Of a stretch of 64,000 bases of DNA, positions 49,991 to 64,000 are shown in pieces. How positions within the stretch are numbered: the first letter of the stretch is position 1; every line of letters begins with the position of its first letter. The position numbers and the translations under genes were made by a program. The stretch spans positions 96,001 to 160,000 of the forward strand of contig CAVQSP010000020.1 of assembly GCA_963715985.1 (NCBI GenBank), read 5' to 3'. Origin of the DNA: an uncultured Thermoleophilia bacterium. Lineage in GTDB: Bacteria; Actinomycetota; Thermoleophilia; UBA2241. The notes beneath the pieces were generated by a model. It worked only from the letters and a program-made list of their open reading frames with translations. It was not told where the DNA came from and made no database searches.

Positions 49991-50951
49991 TCAGCCCTCG
50001 AGACGGATGCGTGGGTCGACGTAGGCGTAGCCGAGGTCGACGAACAGGTTGGCGAACACGTAGACGAGCGTCGCGAAGAGCACGCCGCCGGCCACCACGG
50101 GAAGGTCGCGGGCGCCGATGGCCTGGTAGATCATCAGGCCGATGCCGGGCCGGTTGAACACGGTCTCGGTGAGGATGGCGCCGCCCATGAGGGCGCCGAG
50201 GTCGATGCCGGCGATGGTCATGACGGGGATGACGGCGTTCTTGAAGGCGTGGCGGCTGACCACGCGCGCGCTCGGAGAGGCCCTTGGCGCGCGCCGTGCG
50301 GATGTAGTCGGCGCGGATGACCTCGAGCATCGAGGCGCGCTGCATGTACGAGATGTAGGCGACCTCGATCAGGCCCAGCGTGACGGCCGGCAGGATCAGC
50401 GTACGAGAAGCTGGTCCAGCTCCGCGGGATGACCCAGAAGACGTTGTCGCCGGCGCCGATGAGCGGCAGCAGGTTGAGCTTGTAGCCGAAGAGCCACTGC
50501 ATGAACACGCCGAGCACGAACACGGGGATGCCCCAGATGATGAGGGCGGCGGTGGTGAGCGTGGTATCCCAGAACGTGAACTGGCGCAGCGCCGAGTAGA
50601 TGCCCAAGGGGATGCCGAGCAATTCGATGAGCACCGCCGCCAGCGCCAGCTGGATGGTGTTGGGGGCGTTCTCGCGGACCATCTCCGACACGGGCTTCTG
50701 CAGCTGGTACGACTCGCCGAAGTCGCCGCGCACGGGGCGTCCCAGGAACTTGAAGTACTGCACGTACAGCGGCCTGTCGAGGCCGAGCTGCACGCGGATC
50801 GGCCTGGATCTTCTCCGGGGTGGCGTTCTTGCCGGCGACGAGCTGCGCGGGGTCGCCGGGGATCGCGAACATGATGAGGAACGTGATGATGGTGACGCCG
50901 ATCAGCACGATGACCAGCTGGATCAGAGCGCCTGACGACATAGGCCAGCAT
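49991..50951 (-). CDS. oppB: Oligopeptide ABC permease (OppB; several frameshifts)
   Basis: PGDP, GLDRPL.VQY, TARAKGL, ETVF..PG.G, DPRIR. Confidence 0.9.
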
Positions 50952-51025
50952 GCGGCTACTTTACCTCATTCCCGGGCGCCCGTCGACGCGAGAGGAACGG
51001 GCGCCCGACGAGCCCGAGAACGAAC

Positions 51026-51058
51026 GGCGGCCCGCCGCTCAGCGAGCGGCGGGCCGCC
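51026..51058 (-). terminator. 15-bp perfect hairpin between oppA and oppB (attenuator/mRNA stabiliser)
   Basis: GGCGGCCCGCCGCTC-AGC-GAGCGGCGGGCCGCC; second hairpin at 50973-51007. Confidence 0.65.
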
Positions 51059-51114
51059 ACCTCGGAAGCTGCGACGCAGTCTAGGTAGTCACGACTGCAT
51101 GCGCAACTCTCAGG

Positions 51115-52805
51115 TCACTGCTTGACCCACAGCGTCCACATGTCGGTGAAGCCCATGGGGTTGTGGACGAAGTTGGCGATGCGGTTGTTGGTCACGCGGA
51201 AGTCCCGGTAGAAGTACAGCGGGATGGCCGGCATGTCGGTGAGGATGATCTTCTCCGCCTGCGCGTACAGGTTGTAGCGCTGCTGGGCGTCGGCCGTGGA
51301 GCGGGCCTGCAGGAGCAGGTCGTCGACCTGCTTGTTGGAGTAGAACGTGTAGCTCTGGTGCGCGCCGGCGCCGACTGGAACAGCGGGTAGAGGAAGTTGT
51401 CCATGGACGGGTAGTCGGCCGATCCAGCCCATGCGGAAGAGCTGGCTGCCGCCGCCCTTGTCGCCCTTGGACAGCTTGTCGAGGAAGGTGCCCCACTCGA
51501 AGTTGCTGAGCTTGACGTCGAGGCCGGCCTTCTGCCAGCCGGCCTGCAGCACCTCGGCGATCTTCTGGTGACCCTCGTCGGTGTTGTACCAGTACTGCAG
51601 CGTCGGGCACGCTGCCCATGGCGGAGATCTTCGCCGCGGCGTCGTCCGGGTTGTACGGGTACGGGGTCTGGTCGGCGACGTAGCCGGCGATGCCCACGCG
51701 GGACATAGCCGGCGGCCGGAATGCGAGACGCCCTCGTTGACGATGTTGATGACGTTCTGGGCGTCAGCGGACTCGGCGATGGCGATGCGCAGGTCCTGGT
51801 TCTGGCCGAGCGACCGGGTCGGTCATGTTCATGCCGACGAAGTAGACGGCGAGCGTCCGGCCAGCTTCTTGGCCGTCCACTCGCCGCTCTTGACCTTGGG
51901 GTTGTCCTCGGCCGCGGCGACCTGGCCCGGCGGCACCACGGAGTAGTCGATGCTGCCCTTCTGGAACTCGAGCCACTGGGTCTGGGCCGAGTTGATGATC
52001 GGCATGTCGATGGTGTCGATGTACGGACCGCCCGCGGCCTTGTTCCAGTAGTCGGGGTTCTTGACCAGCGTGATGCTCTGGTTGTTCTTCCAGCTCTCGA
52101 CCATGTACGGGCCGGTGCCGACGGGCTTCTGGCCGTAGGCCTTGACGCCGACCTGCTTCGATGTAGTCGACCGGCTACGCTCGCGAGCCACGGTGTGGCC
52201 CAGGGTCTGCGGGAACTCCGCGAACGGGTAGCGCAGCTTGACCTGCAGCGTGTAGTCGTCGATGGCCGTGACGCCGGTGAGGCCGGCCTTGGTGTCGGTC
52301 TGGTAGCCGCCGTCGTCGACGCCCTCGATCGGGCGCCAGGATGTACGAGACGTAGGACTGGTTCTTGGGGTCGGTGACGTAGTTCCACGGCGTCGACGAA
52401 GTCCTGCGCCTTGACCTCACGGCTCACCGGCGCCGAGTACATGACGCCCTGCTTGAGGTTGAAGGTCCAGGTCTGCGAGTCGGTGGTGTCCCAGCTCTCG
52501 GCGATGCACGGCTCGGCCACCATCTCGCCCTTGTCGTTCATGACGTACTTGGCGAGACCCTCGAAGACCTGGTGGGCGACCTGGATGCCCTCGGACTCCT
52601 GCGCGTTGACCGGCTCGATGGAGACGGGGTTGGCCTGCAGCGGGTAGTTGTAGGTGCCGCCGGCGACCGGCGAGCTCGCCGCGGTGGGGCTCGCCGAGCC
52701 TCCGCCGGAGCTGCTGCTGCCGCAGGCGCCGAGCACCAGACCTGCGACGATGAGGACGGCTGCGACGACCAGCAGGCCGCGCGACGTAGAGAAGCGTTTC
52801 TTCAC
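51115..52805 (-). CDS. oppA: Oligopeptide ABC substrate-binding lipoprotein (many frameshifts)
   Basis: Lipobox LGAC, FEGL, WTFNLKQGV, PVGTGPY, KNPDYW, PAIPLY. Confidence 0.88.
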
Positions 52806-52973
52806 GGTGACCTCCTTGCGAACGACGAATCTGGTTTCCCCCTGGTCCCCCCCAGGGAATGGCGGTCTGAACGGGAGCCAAGGCTCCCTGCTCCAACCTC
52901 TCCTACACACCTCCCCCTGCCCACAGCCGATGTTGACGGATCAGCAGCGGAAACGGCCGGGAACGCGGCTGGG

Positions 52974-53195
52974 TCAGCCCAGTCTCCAGACCAGAAGGAA
53001 CGACGTGATGAACCAGGCCACGCCCGTGATGATGGTGTAGCGCGTGAGGTTGCGCTCCATGACGCTGGCGGACGAGGCGAACGAGAACCCTGTGATGCTG
53101 GCCATGCCGGCATCCTTGCCGCTGTGCAGCAGGATCAGGGCGATGAGCAGTAGGCACTCGACGAGGAAGACGACGACAAGGATGGCATTGAGCAC
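52974..53195 (-). CDS. secG: Preprotein translocase SecG
   Basis: LILLHSGKDAG, ERNLTR.T; follows tpi/gpmI. Confidence 0.9.
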   Translation of the reverse strand: MLNAILVVVFLVECLLLIALILLHSGKDAGMASITGFSFASSASVMERNLTRYTIITGVAWFITSFLLVWRLG

Positions 53196-53324
53196 GGACC
53201 TACTCCCCCTGGACGATGACACGATGAAGATGATGCATACGAGAGTACCATTCTTGCACTTCGCGCGACCCTCGACAAACCCGGCATGCGGAACGGAGGG
53301 ACGCGACCGCCGGGGCGCTCGCTC

Positions 53325-55025
53325 TCAGCCGGCCGGCACGAGCAGCGAGGCGCCCGTCATCTCGTCCGGCTGAGGCAGGCCAAGCAGCGCGAGCACGGTG
53401 GGCGCGAGGTCGCAGAGCCTGCCCCCCTCGCGCACGTGCACGCCCCCGGTGGTGGCGATGAACGGCACGGGGTTCGTGCTGTGTGCCGTGTTGGTGCTGC
53501 CGTCCGCCTCCAGCATGGCGTCCGAGTTGCCGTGGTCGGCGGTGATGAGGCAGACGCCGCCGAGGCGGGTGACGGTGTCCACGACCCGCCCCACACAGGT
53601 GTCCACCGCCTCCAGGGCCGCGACGGCGGCGGAGATCACCCCGGTGTGCCCCACCATGTCGGCGTTGGCGTAGTTGACCACGGCGAAGTCGTAGGCGCCG
53701 CTCTCGAGCGCGTCCACGAGCTCGTCGGTGACGCCGAAGGCGCTCATCTCGGGCTCGTGGTCGTAGGTGGGCACGTCGCGCGGACTGGGCACGAGGATGC
53801 GCGTCTCCCCCGCCACCTCCTTCTCCACGCCGCCGTTGAAGAAGAACGTGACGTGCGCGTACTTCTCGGTCTCGGCGATGTGGAGCTGGCGCAGGCCGTG
53901 CTCGGCGAGGACGTCGGCGAGCACGTGGACGGGGTGCTCCGGCGGGAAGGCCACAGGTACCCCGAACTCCTTCTTGTACTGGGTCATCGTGACGAAGTCG
54001 ACGGCGGGCGGGTGCGGGCCGCGGTCGAACTCGGCGAAGCCCGGCTCGATGAAGGCCCGCGTGAGCTCGCGGGCGCGGTCGGGGCGGAAGTTGAAGAACA
54101 GGCACACGTCGCCGTCGGCCACGCGCGCGTCCAGCTCCGGCGCCACGATGGTGGGGCGCACGAACTCGTCGTCCTCGCCGCGCCGGTAGGCGGCGTCCAC
54201 GGCGGCCTGCGCGTCGGCGGCGAAGAACCCCTCCGCGTGCACGAGCGCGTCGTAGGCCAGCTTGACGCGGTCCCAGCGCGTGTCGCGGTCCATCGCGTAG
54301 TAGCGCCCGCTGACCACGCCGAAGCGGCCGAGGCCGAGCGCGTCCATCGTGGCCTGGATCCGCGCCAGGTAGCCCTTGGCGCTGCGCGGCAGCGTGTCGC
54401 GCCCGTCCAGGAACGCGTGCACCACCACACGGCGTACCTTCTCGCGGGCGGCCAGCTCGAGGCAGGCCTCCAGGTGCCCGAGGTCGCTGTGCACGCCGCC
54501 CCCGGACACGAGCCCCATGAGATGGAGCGTGCTGCCGCGGCCGGCGGCCTTGGCGCACGCCTGCACCAGCACGCGGTTGCGGAAGAAGTCGCCGTCGGTC
54601 ACAGCCTGGGTGATGCGCGTGAGGTCCTGGTACACCACGCGACCGGCGCCGATGTTGAGGTGCCCGACTTCGGAGTTGCCCATCTGGCCCGGCGGCAGCC
54701 CCACGGCCGGGCCGGACGCCTCGAGGGCGCCGTGGGGGCAGCGGTCCAGCAGCCCGTCCATGACCGGCGTGTCCGCCAGGCTCACGGCGTTGCCGGGTCC
54801 TGGCGGGGCCAGGCCCCACCCGTCCAGCACCATGAGCACCACCGGGCGCTGCACGCGCCCCGTGGGCGAGAGCGCGGGATCGCCGGGGTCCGGCCGGGGC
54901 CATAGAGCGGCCGCCCCGGCCTCGCCTGCGGTCGCCGGCGCGTCAGATCGGGCGGCGGCGCCCGACGATGCCGCCGCGTCCGCGCCGGACGCCCTCTCGG
55001 CCGCGTCCTCCGGCGTCCCGCTCAA
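53325..55025 (-). CDS. gpmI: 2,3-BPG-independent phosphoglycerate mutase (start uncertain)
   Basis: [46 protein letters not shown]. Confidence 0.95.
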   Translation of the reverse strand: MSGTPEDAAERASGADAAASSGAAARSDAPATAGEAGAAALWPRPDPGDPALSPTGRVQRPVVLMVLDGWGLAPPGPGNAVSLADTPVMDGLLDRCPHGALEASGPAVGLPPGQMGNSEVGHLNIGAGRVVYQDLTRITQAVTDGDFFRNRVLVQACAKAAGRGSTLHLMGLVSGGGVHSDLGHLEACLELAAREKVRRVVVHAFLDGRDTLPRSAKGYLARIQATMDALGLGRFGVVSGRYYAMDRDTRWDRVKLAYDALVHAEGFFAADAQAAVDAAYRRGEDDEFVRPTIVAPELDARVADGDVCLFFNFRPDRARELTRAFIEPGFAEFDRGPHPPAVDFVTMTQYKKEFGVPVAFPPEHPVHVLADVLAEHGLRQLHIAETEKYAHVTFFFNGGVEKEVAGETRILVPSPRDVPTYDHEPEMSAFGVTDELVDALESGAYDFAVVNYANADMVGHTGVISAAVAALEAVDTCVGRVVDTVTRLGGVCLITADHGNSDAMLEADGSTNTAHSTNPVPFIATTGGVHVREGGRLCDLAPTVLALLGLPQPDEMTGASLLVPAG

Positions 55026-56992
55026 TCCTTGGGCTCGAAGCGGACGATGCGGGCGAACTCGGCGGCGTCCAGGCTCGCCCCGCCGACCAGCACGCCGTCG
55101 ATGTCCGGTTGCGCCATGAGGTCGTCGATGTTGGCGGCCTTGACGCTGCCGCCGTACAGGATGCGCACGCCGCCGGCGGCGTCGCCGAAGCGCTCACCCA
55201 GGCGCCGGCGGATGAAGGAGACCGTCTCCTGGGCCATCTCCGGTGTGGCCGTCCTGCCGGTGCCGATGGCCCAGATGGGCTCGTAGGCGACGGCCACGGC
55301 GGCGAGCTCGGTGACGCTCACCTCGGCGAGGTCGGCGTCGAGCTGGCCCCCGACCTTGCTCTCGGTCTGGCCGGCCTCGCGCTCCTCCAGCGTCTCGCCG
55401 CAGCACAGGACCGGCTGCAGGCCGGCGTCGAGCGCGGCGCGGACCTTCTTCGCCAGGTCGGCGTCGTTCTCGGCGTAGTACTGGCGCCGCTCCGAGTGCC
55501 CGAGGATGACCGAGTGCACGCCCAGCTCGACCAGCATGGGCGGCGCAAGTTCGCCGGTGAAGGCGCCCTCTGCCGCGTAGTGCATGGTCTGGGCGCCCAC
55601 GGCGACCTCGGAGCCGGCCGTCGCGGCCAGCGCCGTCTCGAGGCACACCGACGGCGGGCAGATGAGGACGTCGCGGTCGGCGACCCCCGCCACCAGCGGG
55701 AGGAACCCGTCGAAGAACTCACGCGTCTGTGCCCGCGTCTTGTACATCTTCCAGTTGCCGGACATGAGCGGCCGCCGTGCCACGGCGCCGCCCCCTCCGC
55801 TGCCGGCCGCGGCGGCGTCCATGAGCGCGTCCACGCCCGGAAGCGTGCGGCCTTCGAGGAACTCCATCGATGCACCTCCACCTGTGCTCACGTGCGTGAG
55901 CCGGCCCTCGAGGTCGAAGGCGCGGGCGGCGGCCACCGTGTCTCCGCCGCCGGCCACCGTGACCGCAGCGCTCGTGGCGACGGCCTCACCCACGGCCCTG
56001 GTGCCGGCGCTGAACTCGGCGATCTCGAACAGGCCCATCGGGCCGTTCCAGTAGATCGTGCCGGCGCCGCGCAGGCGGCGCGAGAACTCCTCCACCGTGG
56101 CCGGGCCGATGTCGAGCGCCATCTCGGCGGCGGCGATGCCGTCCACCGCCGTGATCCGCGCCGCGGCGCCTGCCACGGCCTCCTCGGCCACCACGACGTC
56201 GGAGGGCAGCACCAGCGCGCAGCGGGACGTCTGCGCGGCGGTGAGGACGTCGGCCGCCACCGCCGCCTCATCCGGGTCGCCGCCCTTGGACAGGCCGACG
56301 CCGTGCCCGCCGGCGGCGATGAAGGCGTTGGCCATGGCGCCGCCGATGAGGATGGTGTCGGCGAGCTCGAGCATGCGGCGGATGACGGAGATCTTGTCCG
56401 ACACCTTGAGCCCGCCCAGCACCACCACGAACGGCCGCGCGGGGTCCCGCAACAGGCGCCCGAGGATCTCGAGCTCGCGTGTCATGAGGAGGCCGGCCAC
56501 GGAGGGCAGGTAGTGCGTGACGCCCTCCGTGGAGGCGTGCGCCCTGTGGGCCGTGCCGAAGGCGTCGTTGACGAACACCTGCGCGAGCCCGGCGAGCTGC
56601 TTGGCGAAGACGGCGTCGTTGCCCGTCTCCTCGGCGTGGAAGCGCAGGTTCTCGAGCAGCAGGACGTCGCCGGGAGCGAGCGCCGCGGCGGCCTTCTCGG
56701 CCGCCGGGCCCACGCAGTCGTCGACGGCGGCCACGGGACGGCCGAGCAACTCCGCCAGCCGCTGGGCCACAGGCGCCATGCGCAGCTCCTCGACCACCTG
56801 GCCCTTGGGCCTGCCGAGGTGCGAAGCGAGCACCACCGAGCAGCCCTGGTCGAGCAGGTACGTGATGGTGGGCAGGGCCGCGCGGATACGCGTGTCGTCG
56901 GCCACGTGCCCGTCCTTGAGGGGCACGTTGAAGTCGACCCGCACCAGCACGCGCTTGCCGGCCAGGGGATAGTCGGTGAGCGAACGCTTCAT
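55022..56992 (-). CDS. pgk-tpiA: Phosphoglycerate kinase - triosephosphate isomerase fusion
   Basis: RVDFNVP, NDAFG.AHR, STGGGAS, then [28 protein letters not shown] in one ORF. Confidence 0.93.
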   Translation of the reverse strand: MKRSLTDYPLAGKRVLVRVDFNVPLKDGHVADDTRIRAALPTITYLLDQGCSVVLASHLGRPKGQVVEELRMAPVAQRLAELLGRPVAAVDDCVGPAAEKAAAALAPGDVLLLENLRFHAEETGNDAVFAKQLAGLAQVFVNDAFGTAHRAHASTEGVTHYLPSVAGLLMTRELEILGRLLRDPARPFVVVLGGLKVSDKISVIRRMLELADTILIGGAMANAFIAAGGHGVGLSKGGDPDEAAVAADVLTAAQTSRCALVLPSDVVVAEEAVAGAAARITAVDGIAAAEMALDIGPATVEEFSRRLRGAGTIYWNGPMGLFEIAEFSAGTRAVGEAVATSAAVTVAGGGDTVAAARAFDLEGRLTHVSTGGGASMEFLEGRTLPGVDALMDAAAAGSGGGGAVARRPLMSGNWKMYKTRAQTREFFDGFLPLVAGVADRDVLICPPSVCLETALAATAGSEVAVGAQTMHYAAEGAFTGELAPPMLVELGVHSVILGHSERRQYYAENDADLAKKVRAALDAGLQPVLCCGETLEEREAGQTESKVGGQLDADLAEVSVTELAAVAVAYEPIWAIGTGRTATPEMAQETVSFIRRRLGERFGDAAGGVRILYGGSVKAANIDDLMAQPDIDGVLVGGASLDAAEFARIVRFEPKD

Positions 56993-57023
56993 GACGCCTG
57001 CAGCCTCCTTGGCGGGAGTCCTC

Positions 57024-62397
<5,374 letters not shown>

Positions 62398-62545
62398 GAT
62401 GCCCTCATGATACCTTGGCCGGCGGTGGCGGGCCCTGAGCTATGATGACCGTCATCGGGCACTCGGGCCCGGACGGCATCGGGGGCCAACGCCTGCGGGC
62501 GGCCCCCGCCGGACCACGTCAGCGCGCGCGGGAGGACTTCACGAC

Positions 62546-63781
62546 ATGGGTGGGCAACGCACGCTCGGCATCAACGGGCTGGGCCGCATCGGCAAACTCA
62601 CGCTCTGGCACCACCTCGGGCGCGAGGACTTCGACAGGTTCGTGGTCAACACCGGCCGCCCCGTGGGTACGTCGCTCGAGGCCATCGTCCAGTACATCAG
62701 CAAGGACACCACGTACGGGCCGCTGCACCGCTTCCTCTACGGGCGTTCAGGTGTGCGTGACGTGAGTGTGGTGGACGAGGAGCGTGGCCTCATCTCCGCC
62801 TACGGCAAGGAGATCGTGATCCTCCGCCAGGCCCGTGACCCGCGCGAGATCCCGTGGCGCGAGCACGGCGTGGCGCTCGTGGTGGAGTGCACCGGCACGT
62901 TCCGCGACCCGCACGCCGAGCCCATCGAGGGCAAGGGCTCGCTGCGCGGGCACCTCACGGCCGGCGCCTCCGTGGTCGTGCAGAGCTCTCCGTTCAAGAG
63001 CCGCAACAAGGGTGCGCCGCTGCCGCACGACGCGGCGATGTTCATCCACGGCATCAACGACTACGAGTTCGACCCGGCCGTGCACAAGGTGATCTCCGGG
63101 GCGTCCTGCACCACCACGGCCCTGGCGCACATGATGCGCCCCCTGCTCGACCGCGACCTCACCAAGGACATGATCACCGCCGGCATGAGCACGGTCCACG
63201 CCGTGACCAACTCCCAGCCCGTGCTGGACGCCGTGCCCGGGGCCGGAGCCACCGACTTACGCAAGAGCCGCGGCGCCCTGAACAACGTGGTCATCACCTC
63301 CACCAACGCCGCCGCGGCCCTCGAGCACGTGATGCCGGAGATCGCTCGCATCGGCTTCATGGCCGACTCCGTGCGCATCCCCATCTCCAGCGTGAGCCTC
63401 ATCATCCTCAACGTCACGTTTCAGAGTGAGGAGCGCACCGACGGCACTGTGTCCGTCGGGCGCGAGGCCATCAACGCCATCTACCGTGACGCCGCCGAGG
63501 GCGAGGCGCGCGGCCTGCTCAAGTTCAGCGAGGAGCAGAACGTCTCCGCCGACATGCTCGGCGAGGACGCCGCCGTGGTGATCGAGGGCGTCGAGACCCA
63601 CACCCGCACCGGCTTCATGAACCTGCGCGTCCCTTGTCAGCTGCCGGATGGTACCCAGGCGCCCGAGACCGTGCGCGTGCCGCTCACCCACGTGAAGATC
63701 TTCGGCTGGTACGACAACGAGATGGGCAGCTACACGTACCGTCTGGGCGAACTGACGGCGCACGTGGCACGCAGCATGTAG
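62546..63781 (+). CDS. Atypical GAPDH-family dehydrogenase
   Basis: GINGLGRIG, ECTG.F, ASCTT, TVHA.T..Q, WYDNE; 411 aa with insertions. Confidence 0.88.
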   Translation: MGGQRTLGINGLGRIGKLTLWHHLGREDFDRFVVNTGRPVGTSLEAIVQYISKDTTYGPLHRFLYGRSGVRDVSVVDEERGLISAYGKEIVILRQARDPREIPWREHGVALVVECTGTFRDPHAEPIEGKGSLRGHLTAGASVVVQSSPFKSRNKGAPLPHDAAMFIHGINDYEFDPAVHKVISGASCTTTALAHMMRPLLDRDLTKDMITAGMSTVHAVTNSQPVLDAVPGAGATDLRKSRGALNNVVITSTNAAAALEHVMPEIARIGFMADSVRIPISSVSLIILNVTFQSEERTDGTVSVGREAINAIYRDAAEGEARGLLKFSEEQNVSADMLGEDAAVVIEGVETHTRTGFMNLRVPCQLPDGTQAPETVRVPLTHVKIFGWYDNEMGSYTYRLGELTAHVARSM

Positions 63782-63828
63782 CGCGGGCCGCCGGGCGCGG
63801 CGGGAGAGGCGGCGGGTCTGGGACGCGC

Positions 63829-64000
63829 TCAGCCTTCTTCGTCGCCGGCGGCGGCGAGCAGGCGGCGCAAGCGGTGGTTCATCGCCGACTTGGTGAGCGG
63901 CGGGTGCGCACGTCCGGCGAGCTCCTGCAGGCTCAGGTACGGATACCGGAGGCGCAGCTCGGCGACCTCGCGCAGCGAGTCGGGCAGCGCGTCCCACGTC
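63829..64000 (-). CDS. whiA: DNA-binding protein WhiA, 3' end
   Basis: Manual translation [43 protein letters not shown], WhiA C-terminal HTH. Confidence 0.88.
   Translation of the reverse strand, partial: TWDALPDSLREVAELRLRYPYLSLQELAGRAHPPLTKSAMNHRLRRLLAAAGDEEG

Noticed and set aside
47908-52805. opp operon as a decaying pseudogene cluster
   Set aside because: Motifs intact, only indels seen, same pattern as in essential genes; sequencing error is more likely
52900-52975. tRNA-Leu often found after secG
   Set aside because: No cloverleaf or TTCGA T-loop visible

Overview
High-GC chromosomal segment, almost all on the minus strand. Gene order (whiA-gap-pgk-tpi-secG; relA-hisS-aspS; alaS-ruvX-mltG-aroE...aroC-aroK-aroB-aroQ-efp-nusB) suggests a deep-branching actinobacterium, probably Thermoleophilia-like (inference). 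Many genes, including essential hisS and aspS, are split by single-base shifts, pointing to uncorrected long-read errors. A ~17.5 kb type IV pilus locus lies between aroE and aroC: pilB/T/C, a SigB/F-type sigma factor, three paralogous pilins, a PilH/I/G-like ABC module, pilD, minor pilins and pilMNO. Best leads: (1) layered control of the pilus locus: five sigma28-like promoters (one perfect copy inside aroE), two c-di-GMP-I riboswitches on two of the three pilins with different predicted OFF mechanisms, and an MshEN c-di-GMP motif on PilB; (2) a candidate -1 programmed frameshift (C CCA AAA) joining IscU to a start-less Cys-rich MnmA; (3) a 1433-aa PPDK-like dikinase lacking the pyruvate domain, divergently paired with an atypical GAPDH; (4) a 6S RNA after aspS; (5) PGK-TIM and carboxyltransferase-AccB fusions.
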